64,000 bases of DNA from a virus. Taxonomy: Duplodnaviria > Caudoviricetes. The position numbers and the translations under genes are program-made. The DNA is taken from the IMG/VR virus record IMGVR_UViG_3300042542_005523; one strand, given 5' to 3'. Position 1 is the first letter of the stretch. The number at the start of each line of letters is the position of its first letter. Under the pieces are notes generated by a model that was not told the DNA's origin, searched no databases, and saw nothing but the letters and a program-made list of their open reading frames with translations. Below, piece after piece: positions 32,109-41,647 of the stretch.

Positions 32109-33035
32109 ATGAGATTAAAAAATTTCGTTGAGTTTAAGAATGTATCTGAAGGCGGGAAGGCTATTAAAAGCGCTAGACCAATCAGACAGGACGAAGCTAT
32201 GAAAACTATAGAAAATATAAAGGAGGTTTTATTACCTCTTTTAGATCTTGATTCCTATAAAGAGGGAAAGGATTATATTTTTATAGGCTCAACTGGAAAA
32301 AAGAAAAATCCAGAGGACACGTCCGGTGATATAGATCTTGGATTTAACGGAAATTATTTTGCTACCAAGCATGGCATATCATTTAAAGAGTGCTCAAAGA
32401 CTCTCATGGATATGCTAAGTCCCGAACTACCTAAAGTTCTTGGATTTGAGCCTGAAATGAATAATCTATCTGGACTGAATATACTTAGTGTAGCTTGGCC
32501 AATAGCTGGTGATGCAAATAACGGGTTTGTTCAATTGGATCTTATGCCTCTTCAAAATATGGAATGGGCGAAGTTTATCTATTATTCACCTGATTATAGA
32601 ACGGACGAAAGCCAGTGGAAATCTGCTCATAGGAATTGGCTTTTGAGTGCAGCTCTTGTTGCAAGGAGGGAGATATTGGCTAATGATGAGCAAGGTGAGG
32701 TTTTAGATTACAGAACACCTGCTTTGATCCTGCCTAGTGGTTTATACCTTCAAACCAAAAGCTTTAGAGGTAAATTAAAGCCAAGATTAAAAAATGCCCA
32801 GAAGATTCCAGGAACGGAGGAATTCATAACAGACGATCCTCAGGAATTTATAAATTATGCTCTTGGACCAGGGTACAGCGAGAATGATGTTAAAACATTC
32901 GAAAAAGTTTTATCTATAATGACTTCTCCGAATTTCAAATATAAAGAATTTCTTCCCCAGATAAAGGAGAAGTTTATACAATTACTAAATAGAACAGATT
33001 TACCAGTTCCACCTGAGACAGAAAAATTAGGTTGA
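32109..33035 (+). CDS. Pol-beta-superfamily nucleotidyltransferase with CTS-like N-terminus
   Basis: IG(60)S(61)TGKK...SGD(74)ID(76)L and third Asp in VQLD(144)L; N-terminus MRLKNFVEFKNVSE. Confidence 0.75.
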   Translation: MRLKNFVEFKNVSEGGKAIKSARPIRQDEAMKTIENIKEVLLPLLDLDSYKEGKDYIFIGSTGKKKNPEDTSGDIDLGFNGNYFATKHGISFKECSKTLMDMLSPELPKVLGFEPEMNNLSGLNILSVAWPIAGDANNGFVQLDLMPLQNMEWAKFIYYSPDYRTDESQWKSAHRNWLLSAALVARREILANDEQGEVLDYRTPALILPSGLYLQTKSFRGKLKPRLKNAQKIPGTEEFITDDPQEFINYALGPGYSENDVKTFEKVLSIMTSPNFKYKEFLPQIKEKFIQLLNRTDLPVPPETEKLG

Positions 33036-33075
33036 AACAAAAGTAAATTTTAAGTTAAAATTAAAAAGCGAATTT

Positions 33076-35016
33076 ATGTCGAGTATTTCCCATCTACAGG
33101 ATCTTTACCACAAAAAAGGGAACGAGTTTATCAACAATCTCTTTAGCTCCTTCGTGACAGTGAACGAAAAGATGGACGGTTCTGCGTTCACATTTGAACG
33201 CGATATCGATAATGGTAAGTTTAAGTTTTATAAAAGGGATCAAAGAAATCCCATCACGATGGTTGACCGAACCATTATGAAGTACTACGAGAAACCCATA
33301 CAGTACATAGAGTCACTTCCGCCCCACATAATACAATTGATACCAAGAGGATGGAGATTTGGATTGGAATATTTCTCTTCACCCCAGCCACTTGAGATTG
33401 CTTACGATAGAGTGCCGAATAACAATCTCATTCTTTCATACGTCCATAAATTGGATAACGGTAGAGCAAAGTCAACTATACAGAGTAAAGAGGATCTAGA
33501 TAAATGGGCTGATTTACTGGGAGTGGAAAAACCTCCTATTATTTTTCAGGGGAAATTAACAGATGGCCAAAAAAGAAGTATCCTTGAGTTTATAAACACA
33601 CCATTCTCTGATCTAATAGAGGAATTTAGAACAAAGAGCTTTGTAGCTTACATAGTTGGTGTTTTAAATCCTAAATTGGAAAAGACAGCATTGAATAATG
33701 ATCTAGAAAAGGCAATCGAAGGTATAGTATTTAGATTTGGCTCTGATGAGGAAGGTGAAGAACCTGTTTTAGCAAAAATGGTAGATCCGCTTTTCACCGA
33801 GCTGGCAAAGAGTAAATATGTCCAGAAGAAAGAAACAAAGCCTAGCGATTTCCTAGTTATAACTGTTCTAGATGTTATGAACTTCATACTAGAAAAGGGA
33901 GTTGGTAGTTTTGATTTTAAGGGGAAGACCGAAGACGAAAGATATCTTTCTTTCATTTCCGATGTGTTTGTTAACTTCTTAGATGAGTATAAGGAGAAGT
34001 ACAGCGAAACTGATTTCGAGGAACCTGAATATTTAAAGAAGGACGAGTTTAGAGTCAATAAGAAAATGGTTCCAAATAGAGCTGCTCTTGCCTATATAGA
34101 AGAAGATGATGCTTTCGAATCCCTATATAAATTGATTGTTAACCAGTTTAGAAAAATAAAAAAGAGAGCTGGTGGAATAATAAATCAGGATTTCATAGAT
34201 CAGTTCAATTCAGTCGTGAAAGAGATAGAGGAAGCTATTTCTGAAAAAGAGGCTAAGAAAATAAACGAATCAGAGATACCTTCTTTTAATGATTTCAAAT
34301 CTAAATTTAGAAAGAAAGTGGAGTATGTCACCGAGGAATCAGATAACGAGTCTGAAGAACCCCAACCATACGGCGAAACTTTCTCGCAATTCATATCAGA
34401 TCTTGAGCATATAGACACAAAGGAAGTTAAAAATGTAGCTCCGCTAGAAGAGGATTCTAATAAAGATGAATTAAAGCCAATTAATATTATCGTTGGCAGA
34501 TTCCAACCTTTCCATAAAGGTCACTTAGCAATGGCGAAAGAGCTAAAAGAGGAAAATGATTTACCATCTATAGCTATTGTAGTCTACCCTGGCCACAATA
34601 AATCTGGCAAATCCCCATTCGACGAGAATGTTATAAAGACTTACATGGAGTCTGTTGTTAGAGAATACCCGGATTTGCTGAGTGGATTTCTAATTGTCAA
34701 TAAAGGTCTTTTAGGTATTATAGCTGGAGAGGTTAGAAACATAGGCTATAGAATAGAGTTAATAGGAGCGGGTGAAGATAGAGTTGATGATTATAACAAG
34801 CAAGTAGATTACCTGGTTAAAGCGGGCAAGGAATTTCCAACCACTACAAAGATCTTTAAAACTAAAAGAATAGCTAGCTCAAGTGAGGTAAGAGATAAAC
34901 TCAAGAATGAGGATTTCACAGCATTTAAGAAGTTAGTACCACCTTGCGTCGCTTCATTATACGCAACCCTTGTTTCTGGGGTACATAACGGATTAAAACA
35001 AAGTTCTAAAAAGTAA
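33076..35016 (+). CDS. RNA/DNA ligase-like nucleotidyltransferase fused to a HIGH-motif (cytidylyltransferase/NMNAT-like) domain
   Basis: N-terminal EK(32)MDG (motif I), GLEYF, EGIVF (IV), LAKMV (V); C-terminal GRFQPFHKGH, SPF, GEDR, SSSEVR. Confidence 0.75.
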   Translation: MSSISHLQDLYHKKGNEFINNLFSSFVTVNEKMDGSAFTFERDIDNGKFKFYKRDQRNPITMVDRTIMKYYEKPIQYIESLPPHIIQLIPRGWRFGLEYFSSPQPLEIAYDRVPNNNLILSYVHKLDNGRAKSTIQSKEDLDKWADLLGVEKPPIIFQGKLTDGQKRSILEFINTPFSDLIEEFRTKSFVAYIVGVLNPKLEKTALNNDLEKAIEGIVFRFGSDEEGEEPVLAKMVDPLFTELAKSKYVQKKETKPSDFLVITVLDVMNFILEKGVGSFDFKGKTEDERYLSFISDVFVNFLDEYKEKYSETDFEEPEYLKKDEFRVNKKMVPNRAALAYIEEDDAFESLYKLIVNQFRKIKKRAGGIINQDFIDQFNSVVKEIEEAISEKEAKKINESEIPSFNDFKSKFRKKVEYVTEESDNESEEPQPYGETFSQFISDLEHIDTKEVKNVAPLEEDSNKDELKPINIIVGRFQPFHKGHLAMAKELKEENDLPSIAIVVYPGHNKSGKSPFDENVIKTYMESVVREYPDLLSGFLIVNKGLLGIIAGEVRNIGYRIELIGAGEDRVDDYNKQVDYLVKAGKEFPTTTKIFKTKRIASSSEVRDKLKNEDFTAFKKLVPPCVASLYATLVSGVHNGLKQSSKK

Positions 35017-35020
35017 CTGA

Positions 35021-36106
35021 ATGCAGGTTTCAAAAGGAAAACCTAAAAAATCAGAAACGCCGGAGGATATAGTTGCTTTAGAAATAGAGCAATGTAAATC
35101 TATTCTTGGTTCCATGTCCGATAGATTGGAGAAATTTGATTTATCCGGTGTAGACGAAGCCGGGCTCAGAAAGCTGAAAAAACTAATAAAGAATATAAAA
35201 AGCTCTTCCTCTCTTGTAGATATTATACACGATAATAATAAGAGATCTAGCCAGATTATAGAAACACTATATAAAGTATTCTTTAGCAGGTCTAACGAGG
35301 ATTCGCGTATTATGTTCAGAAAGGGATACGTTGAGGATTTCTACATTAATCTAGATCCTGCTACCTTAGATACCATAGAGAAAAGATTCATTAAAAAACA
35401 GCCAATCAAGGGGTCTATAAGTTTCTCCGATGCTGTAAAGAACGGTACAACTGATATAGGATGGATTGATAGTTTTAATGGAATCTCTAGAAAAGACCTG
35501 AAGGAGATTTATACTATAGATGCCTACTTTCCAAGCGGTAAAAGAAGAAGAGGTAAGGGTGAAACTCTTTCTTGTCTTTCTTTTGGTGGCTTTATCAACA
35601 ATGAGAGGGGAGCGGATGTTTTTATAGACGGCAATCGTGTTGAAGTAAAGTCTACTATAAGCGCATCTATTACCAGCGAGGATAATCTGGTATCCCCTAA
35701 GATTAAGCAGTTTATAGATCTGTCATATAGGATAAGTGGCAAATCAAAAAAGAAGGAGAAAACATACGGTAAGAGATCCCTGAATCTTCTCATAGCTAAG
35801 ATAAAATCTAGTCAAGTAAAGGCAAACGAGTTCTGGAAGAGATTTCACCAGATAGTTGGATTTAGGACCGACCGTGATCCGGATAAGATAGTTCCAATAT
35901 TAATATGTCATCAGATAGAGCATTACTCTAAGCCAGAGAACTTTAACACGATGATAATCTATAGTGAGAATACAGGGGGATTTCCAGATGCCCTTTCCGT
36001 TCTAGTGAAGAATGAATCATTTGTAAACGATCGAAACATAGAGATACTTAACGACTTGAATATATACTTCAGGGTTTATCCCAATAAGGTAGAAATATTT
36101 TTATAA
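35021..36106 (+). CDS. Putative PD-(D/E)xK nuclease-fold protein
   Basis: GKGE...ADVFIDGNRVEVK resembles a restriction-fold E...D-x(n)-ExK active site. Confidence 0.45.
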   Translation: MQVSKGKPKKSETPEDIVALEIEQCKSILGSMSDRLEKFDLSGVDEAGLRKLKKLIKNIKSSSSLVDIIHDNNKRSSQIIETLYKVFFSRSNEDSRIMFRKGYVEDFYINLDPATLDTIEKRFIKKQPIKGSISFSDAVKNGTTDIGWIDSFNGISRKDLKEIYTIDAYFPSGKRRRGKGETLSCLSFGGFINNERGADVFIDGNRVEVKSTISASITSEDNLVSPKIKQFIDLSYRISGKSKKKEKTYGKRSLNLLIAKIKSSQVKANEFWKRFHQIVGFRTDRDPDKIVPILICHQIEHYSKPENFNTMIIYSENTGGFPDALSVLVKNESFVNDRNIEILNDLNIYFRVYPNKVEIFL

Positions 36107-36107
36107 A

Positions 36108-36650
36108 ATGGCTTCAATTAAAAAATTTAATGAATTCTTAGAATCTGTTTTCGAGTCCGATGGATTTGGAACAAAACCCTTTCTTTTAAGGAAAGAAAAG
36201 GACATCTTTAACTATCTCTTCTACATAGACACAGGAGAGGAAGGAAAACAAGATGCCTTTAGACTTATGATTGGTAAATACTCAAGCCATCAGGTTATAG
36301 ATCAGCCTAAGAACTCATATTGCGTGCTTAGCGTTAATAAGCTATCATCCGAACAACTAGAGGATATATCGGTAACCAAAGCTGATTTGCCACCTACGAC
36401 ATCCTCAGAGTTTAAAATGTCGGAAAGCGAGGTATCTAGACTATTCGAAACCATTTCTAAATGTATTTTGGATTATCTGGAGTATAATGCTAAAGTATCT
36501 AAGATTTACGACGAGATACAGGATAATCTAGTTTTCTCCGGTGAAGGCACCTATATGGAATTTATGAAATCTATAATTATTTCATATTTAGGCGAAGATT
36601 GGAGTGTACAGGAGGGAGTTGATAAAAATTCAATTTTAATCTCCAGATAA
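36108..36650 (+). CDS. Hypothetical protein with CTS-like N-terminus (MASIKKFNEFLES)
   Basis: ORF; shared N-terminal motif. Confidence 0.6.
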   Translation: MASIKKFNEFLESVFESDGFGTKPFLLRKEKDIFNYLFYIDTGEEGKQDAFRLMIGKYSSHQVIDQPKNSYCVLSVNKLSSEQLEDISVTKADLPPTTSSEFKMSESEVSRLFETISKCILDYLEYNAKVSKIYDEIQDNLVFSGEGTYMEFMKSIIISYLGEDWSVQEGVDKNSILISR

Positions 36651-36702
36651 TTGAAACTTTTTTAAGTAATTTTCATATAAACTAATAAATAAATTAAAAA
36701 CA

Positions 36703-36879
36703 ATGGAAAAATTCGAACAAATCAAAGCTCTTCTTGAAGGAGTACAAGGCGACATTGAAAAATTCTACAGCAAGGGGAATTCAAGCGCAGGAACAAGAGT
36801 TAGACAAGCCATGCAAGAGCTTAAGAAATTAGCTCAGGATTTGAGAGTGGATGTTCAAGATAAAAAGAACGCTGCTTAA
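36703..36879 (+). CDS. Histone H1-like protein, Hc1-type N-terminal domain (not in the ORF track)
   Basis: My translation gives 58 aa, MEKFEQIKALLEGVQGDIEKFYSKGNSSAGTRVRQAMQELKKLAQDLRVDVQDKKNAA. The KF..KGN..AGTR.R pattern is that of the Hc1/Bacteroidota histone-H1-like family. Confidence 0.8.
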   Translation: MEKFEQIKALLEGVQGDIEKFYSKGNSSAGTRVRQAMQELKKLAQDLRVDVQDKKNAA

Positions 36880-36897
36880 TCTCTAGGACAAATTATT

Positions 36898-36928
36898 AAA
36901 AATGGGATCTTTAGGGTCCCATTTTTAT
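36898..36928 (+). terminator. Rho-independent terminator
   Basis: aaaatgggatc-ttta-gggtcccatttt stem plus T-run, after the Hc1-like gene. Confidence 0.7.
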
Positions 36929-36965
36929 TTAAAGTGAATATATAAACTATCTAAAACAAATTAAA

Positions 36966-37172
36966 ATGAGTTACTACTTAGCAAAAGTAAATTTTGAAAC
37001 CGGTGAAGTTAGCAGAAAGGGTGAGCCGGTTGTTAGAAAATCTGAATTTTTAGTAGCAGCAGAATCCGTTATTGAAGCGGAGACTAAAGTTGCTGAATAT
37101 ATGAAAGGCACTATGATGTCTTTTGAGACTGTGCAGATCGCAAAGACAAGGATCGAAGCAGTCGTAAATTAA
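36966..37172 (+). CDS. Small protein resembling Bacteroidota DUF4494 family
   Basis: Y.AKV....K...FLV.A.S..EAE.K pattern, recognised from memory. Confidence 0.5.
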   Translation: MSYYLAKVNFETGEVSRKGEPVVRKSEFLVAAESVIEAETKVAEYMKGTMMSFETVQIAKTRIEAVVN

Positions 37173-37194
37173 AAAGAAGAATTGATTTAATTAA

Positions 37195-37422
37195 ATGGCT
37201 GAAACATCTTTTTATGCACCCCCGCAATCACCTATTGCAATACAACCTGGTGACAAGGGATTCGAGACTGTTGGAAAGGGATACAATAGATTCCTCTGGA
37301 CTTTTTCAGATTGGAAAAAGAAAAAGAAGAAGATAATAAATCCGGATACAAACTGGACCTTGTCTTCTAAACCAATCACTCAGAAGGAGTGGGAAAAGAA
37401 AAAGAAGGACTTATATTTATAA
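37195..37422 (+). CDS. Small basic hypothetical protein
   Basis: 75-aa ORF, Trp/Lys-rich. Confidence 0.5.
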   Translation: MAETSFYAPPQSPIAIQPGDKGFETVGKGYNRFLWTFSDWKKKKKKIINPDTNWTLSSKPITQKEWEKKKKDLYL

Positions 37423-37435
37423 GCCTTTCCTTTTT

Positions 37436-37443
37436 GATATATA
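37436..37443 (+). promoter_or_regulatory. Putative late promoter box GATATATA
   Basis: About 28 nt upstream of 37472. Confidence 0.55.
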
Positions 37444-37471
37444 GTCTACATCAAAGAAAAAATATTTAATT

Positions 37472-37882
37472 ATGCCTTCACAAAGTTCAGCACAACAGAG
37501 GCTTTTCGGACAAGCCTATGGTATCAAGACAGGAGAGCTTAAGCCATCAGATCTAAATCCAAAGTACAAATCTGAAATTCTAGCACTATCTAAAAAGATG
37601 ACCAAGAAACAGTTGGACGATTTCGCATCTACCAAGACCAAGAAGCTTCCTCATTATGTAAAAGAGGACGAAGTTAACGAGAAAGGTGGATTAGCAGTTG
37701 GTGGTAAAACAACTGTTGTTCCTCTTGTTAATGTTACAGGTGCGGAAGAATATTCGCCAAGTGGTCCTGGTCCAATAGTTCCTTTTCTAAATACAGACGT
37801 TCAGAAGAAAAAGAAAGGTAAAAAGAATTTACAGAATCTAAAAGATTATAGAGACTGGGTAAATGAAAATAAGGATCTATAA
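37472..37882 (+). CDS. DUF3008-like protein with C-terminal CTS-like motif
   Basis: MPSQS.AQQR...MTKKQLDDFAST..K.LP..V resembles DUF3008; ends NLKDYRDWVNE. Confidence 0.55.
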   Translation: MPSQSSAQQRLFGQAYGIKTGELKPSDLNPKYKSEILALSKKMTKKQLDDFASTKTKKLPHYVKEDEVNEKGGLAVGGKTTVVPLVNVTGAEEYSPSGPGPIVPFLNTDVQKKKKGKKNLQNLKDYRDWVNENKDL

Positions 37883-37911
37883 ACACATAAAGGAAAATAA
37901 CAATAAACAAA

Positions 37912-38325
37912 GTGAAAAACGTACTTTCTTTTTCAGATTACGATCCAGCGGATGAATACAAATCCGAATTAAGGAGGGAGCTAAACCTTAATTCTGCTAG
38001 AAGAAGCCCTGCTTACAAGGAGCTTCTTCGTATGGGATTTGAGGAGGTAACATCAGATCAACAGGAACTTAATAACACCTTGAAGTTTATTAGAACCAGA
38101 AGACATGCTAAGGACAAGGGTCACGATTTTCCTTTCTATACTATACATCCATCTGGGACTGTTAGAAGATACAATCCTCCGAAGTCAGCTGAGCAACCAG
38201 AGGGAAGCGGAAACGACATTAAAAATTTCCCAAAGCCTTTCATAAGAGGAAGAGATTATATAAAAGCTATTAAGTATCTAATAGGCTATCTAGAGAGAAA
38301 AGAAGAGAAAGGTGATTATAAATAA
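37912..38325 (+). CDS. Hypothetical protein (MKNVLSFSDY N-terminus)
   Basis: ORF in operon. Confidence 0.55.
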   Translation: MKNVLSFSDYDPADEYKSELRRELNLNSARRSPAYKELLRMGFEEVTSDQQELNNTLKFIRTRRHAKDKGHDFPFYTIHPSGTVRRYNPPKSAEQPEGSGNDIKNFPKPFIRGRDYIKAIKYLIGYLERKEEKGDYK

Positions 38326-38403
38326 ATAGAGCGCAGCTGAACATCTTCCAAAATAATATGTTTGGTGGTTCTCAAGTGAGAATGATAAAGATAAAGAATA
38401 ATT

Positions 38404-38631
38404 ATGTGCGATTGCGGTGCTCCGGATACTAACTACAGGGACTATAGAATAGGCCCAAAGAAGGAAAGCAAGATTCTAAATAAATGGATTCTGGATAATC
38501 ACGGGAGAAAGCTTCTAATAAACTCACCAATCTACGATACATATAATGATATCATAGGATATGTTACCAAGGACGAAACGGGAAACATAATAAGGATATT
38601 CAAAGGAAATATAAAAAACATACTAAATTAA
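38404..38631 (+). CDS. Small hypothetical protein
   Basis: 75-aa ORF in operon. Confidence 0.5.
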   Translation: MCDCGAPDTNYRDYRIGPKKESKILNKWILDNHGRKLLINSPIYDTYNDIIGYVTKDETGNIIRIFKGNIKNILN

Positions 38632-38632
38632 A

Positions 38633-39079
38633 ATGTACTATCCAACAGGTAAAACAACAGAAGGCAGAGAATTGATCTGCATGAAAAAGAACGCTGATCT
38701 TGTTAATGAAAAATTAGGATCTTGCGATGAAGCTTGCATTATGGAATGCACAGACAATTGGCTGAATGAAAGCAACTCATGCGTTGCCTGTAATCAATTG
38801 AACGAATATCTAAACGAGTGTGGTTACTCTATGCAAGTAAACGAGGATGGTGGAATGGCAGCTCCTCTAGCATCTTTAGGTGCTACCCCAGGCATGGGAA
38901 ATCCTGCTACACCGCAGAACGGTGGAACTAATGCTGGATTCTATAATCCTAGCTTATCTGGATCTGGTGATAAGTTTGACAGCCTAACTGTTGGAACACC
39001 TGCTGCCAATAAAAGAAAGAAGAGCCTAGTTAAGAAGTTTAGAGAATTTGTCAAACTTAAAGAGTCTAATAAGAGATAA
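38633..39079 (+). CDS. Hypothetical Cys-rich protein with multiple (L/V)NE sites and a C-terminal VKKFREF motif
   Basis: ORF followed by a terminator. Confidence 0.55.
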   Translation: MYYPTGKTTEGRELICMKKNADLVNEKLGSCDEACIMECTDNWLNESNSCVACNQLNEYLNECGYSMQVNEDGGMAAPLASLGATPGMGNPATPQNGGTNAGFYNPSLSGSGDKFDSLTVGTPAANKRKKSLVKKFREFVKLKESNKR

Positions 39080-39107
39080 TTTGTAATTTTTGACATATAA
39101 ATAAAAC

Positions 39108-39136
39108 GAAAAGGAGACATTATGTCTCCTTTTTTC
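39108..39136 (+). terminator. Rho-independent terminator
   Basis: aaaaggagaca-tta-tgtctcctttttt perfect stem plus T-run. Confidence 0.8.
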
Positions 39137-39303
39137 TTGCGGCAATCTTTTTGAAACATGGTTCTAAAAATTACAAAAATGAAAGATTTTAAACCTATAT
39201 CATTAAAGATTGAAAAAACAAGGGTGAAACATCCTCAGAGATCCGGCTCTATAAATCCGGAACTAAAAATAAAAGTTTTAAAAATAAAAAAGTAAAAAAA
39301 ACT

Positions 39304-41187
39304 ATGGGAAAAGTAATTGGAATTGACTTGGGAACAACAAACTCTTGTGTTTCGGTCATAGAAGCAGATCAGCCAGTTGTTATTGTTAATGCCGAGGGAA
39401 AGAGAACAACTCCAAGCGTTATCGGATTCAACGATGGTGAAATTAAAATCGGGGATCCAGCTAGGAGACAAGCTGTGACAAACCCTACGAACACATTGTA
39501 CTCTGTTAAGAGATTCATTGGATCTAACTTTGACGATGTGAAGAAAGAGGCTAAGAAAATGCCTTATGTGGTTAAAAAGGGCAGCGATAATAGAGTTATC
39601 GTGGAAGCTAATGGAAGAGATTATATCCCACAGGAGATCGCAGCTATGGTTCTTCAGAATCTTAAAAGAGTTGCAGAGGATTACCTCGGAAGCGAAGTAA
39701 CAGAAGCGGTTATCACTGTGCCTGCTTATTTTAATGACGCACAGAGGCAAGCAACAAAAGAGGCAGGTGAGATTGCTGGTCTTAATGTATTGAGAATTAT
39801 CAACGAGCCAACGGCTGCAGCACTAGCTTATGGACTTGATAAAATGGACAAAGATCAAAAGGTAGCGGTATATGACCTCGGCGGTGGTACATTTGACGTA
39901 TCCATCTTGGAAATAGGATCTGGCGTATTTGAAGTTCTTTCAACTAACGGTGACACACATCTTGGTGGTGACAACTTCGATGAGAAGATCATTGATTGGA
40001 TTGTGGAAGAGTTCAAGTCGCAAACTGGAATAGATGCCTCTAAGGACCCAATGGCTTATCAACGTATTAGAGAAGCTGCTGAGAAGGCTAAAATCGAATT
40101 ATCAAATTCATCAGAAACAGAAATTAACCTACCTTATCTAAGCGCTCTTTCAGATGGGCCTAAGCACTTTGTAGGTAAACTTTCGAGAGCTAAATTTGAG
40201 CAAATGATTGATGATTTAATTCAGAAGACACTTGCTCCCTGTAGAAAAGCTATCAAAGATTCCAAACTTAAAGTTTCTGAAATAGATGAGATTCTATTGG
40301 TTGGTGGATCAACAAGAATTCCTAAGGTTCAAGAGGAAGTAGAAAAGCTATTTGGTAAAAAGCCAAATAAGAGCGTAAATCCCGATGAGGTTGTTGCTAT
40401 TGGAGCGGCAGTTCAGGGAGCAGTTTTAAAAGGAGACATCACGGACGTTCTTTTGCTTGATGTTACACCGCTTTCTTTAGGTATTGAAACAATGGGAGGT
40501 GTATTCACCAAATTGATTGAAGCTAACTCAACTATCCCTATTAGAAAAAGCGAGTCATTCTCTACTGCCGTTGATAACCAGGCAAATGTGGAAATCCATG
40601 TTTTACAGGGTGAAAGACCAATGGCTTCAGATAACAAGACTCTGGGAAGATTCATGCTAACTGATGTTCCGCCTGCTCCAAGAGGGATTCCTCAGATTGA
40701 AGTTACCTTTGATATTGATGCTAACGGTATCATTAGCGTTTCTGCTAAGGATAAAGGAACAGGTAAAGAGCAGAACATCAAGATTGAATCTGGTAACAAG
40801 CTGTCAGATGATGAAATCAAGAAGATGAAGGATGACGCTTTATCTAATGAGAAAGCAGACAAGGAAAGACTTAAGTTATCCCAGGCTAAAAATGAGTTGG
40901 ATGGCTTAATTTTCCAAGCTGAAAAAATGATTAAAGATTTTGAAGAAAAGACATCTGAGGAGGAAAGAGCTAAGATTAATTCTATGATCGAGTCCGCTAA
41001 GGAGACCGTAAAAGGTGAGGATGCTGAAAAGATGGAATCTAGCACCAAGGATCTAGTCGAGGCACTCCAAGAAATCTCCACTAAAGTTTATGCTCAAGAG
41101 CAAGCTAACTCCGGCGAAGCTGGTGAAACAACTAGCTCAACAAGCACAGAAGCTGAAGAGGTTGAATTTGAGGAGGTTAAGGGATAA
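39304..41187 (+). CDS. dnaK: Hsp70 chaperone DnaK
   Basis: [56 protein letters not shown] and DIDANGI. Confidence 0.97.
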   Translation: MGKVIGIDLGTTNSCVSVIEADQPVVIVNAEGKRTTPSVIGFNDGEIKIGDPARRQAVTNPTNTLYSVKRFIGSNFDDVKKEAKKMPYVVKKGSDNRVIVEANGRDYIPQEIAAMVLQNLKRVAEDYLGSEVTEAVITVPAYFNDAQRQATKEAGEIAGLNVLRIINEPTAAALAYGLDKMDKDQKVAVYDLGGGTFDVSILEIGSGVFEVLSTNGDTHLGGDNFDEKIIDWIVEEFKSQTGIDASKDPMAYQRIREAAEKAKIELSNSSETEINLPYLSALSDGPKHFVGKLSRAKFEQMIDDLIQKTLAPCRKAIKDSKLKVSEIDEILLVGGSTRIPKVQEEVEKLFGKKPNKSVNPDEVVAIGAAVQGAVLKGDITDVLLLDVTPLSLGIETMGGVFTKLIEANSTIPIRKSESFSTAVDNQANVEIHVLQGERPMASDNKTLGRFMLTDVPPAPRGIPQIEVTFDIDANGIISVSAKDKGTGKEQNIKIESGNKLSDDEIKKMKDDALSNEKADKERLKLSQAKNELDGLIFQAEKMIKDFEEKTSEEERAKINSMIESAKETVKGEDAEKMESSTKDLVEALQEISTKVYAQEQANSGEAGETTSSTSTEAEEVEFEEVKG

Positions 41188-41203
41188 CCCAATATTATCC
41201 TAG

Positions 41204-41229
41204 AAAAAGCCGGGTAACCGGCTTTTTTT
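41204..41229 (+). terminator. Rho-independent terminator
   Basis: aaaaagccgg-gtaa-ccggcttttttt after dnaK. Confidence 0.85.
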
Positions 41230-41257
41230 GTGCGGATATGTTTTTTATATTTGTCAC

Positions 41258-41647
41258 ATGGCTAGAGAAATATTAATACAGGAAGAGTATCTGGACAATC
41301 CGTGGAGAATGATGGTCTGCTGTATATGTCTAAACCAAACAAACAATAAACAGGTTAGACCGATATTAGAATCCCTATTTTCCATAATACCTGATCAGGT
41401 ATCTGCTATTTCCTGTGAGAAGGAAAGAATTTCAGAATGTCTAAAGTCTACTGGATTCCAAAACGTAAAAGCGGATAGAATAAAAAAGATGAGTCAAAAG
41501 TGGATAGAAGGGTTCGAGAATCCTTCAGAGTTACCAGGGATAGGTAAATACGGTCAGGACTCCTGGGATATCTTCATAAATGGAAATACGGAAAGAGAAA
41601 CCTCTGATAAAAAATTAATAACCTATCTGTCCTTTTTTAGAAGATAA
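41258..41647 (+). CDS. MBD4-like HhH-GPD DNA glycosylase
   Basis: PWRMMVCCICLNQT, GF.NVKA.RI.KMS..W and HhH ELPGIGKYGQDSW.IF; likely start MAREILIQE at 41258. Confidence 0.75.
   Translation: MAREILIQEEYLDNPWRMMVCCICLNQTNNKQVRPILESLFSIIPDQVSAISCEKERISECLKSTGFQNVKADRIKKMSQKWIEGFENPSELPGIGKYGQDSWDIFINGNTERETSDKKLITYLSFFRR

Noticed and set aside
39179-39295. 38-codon basic ORF upstream of dnaK (MKDFKPISLK...)
   Set aside because: Too short, low complexity and without independent support as a leader peptide.
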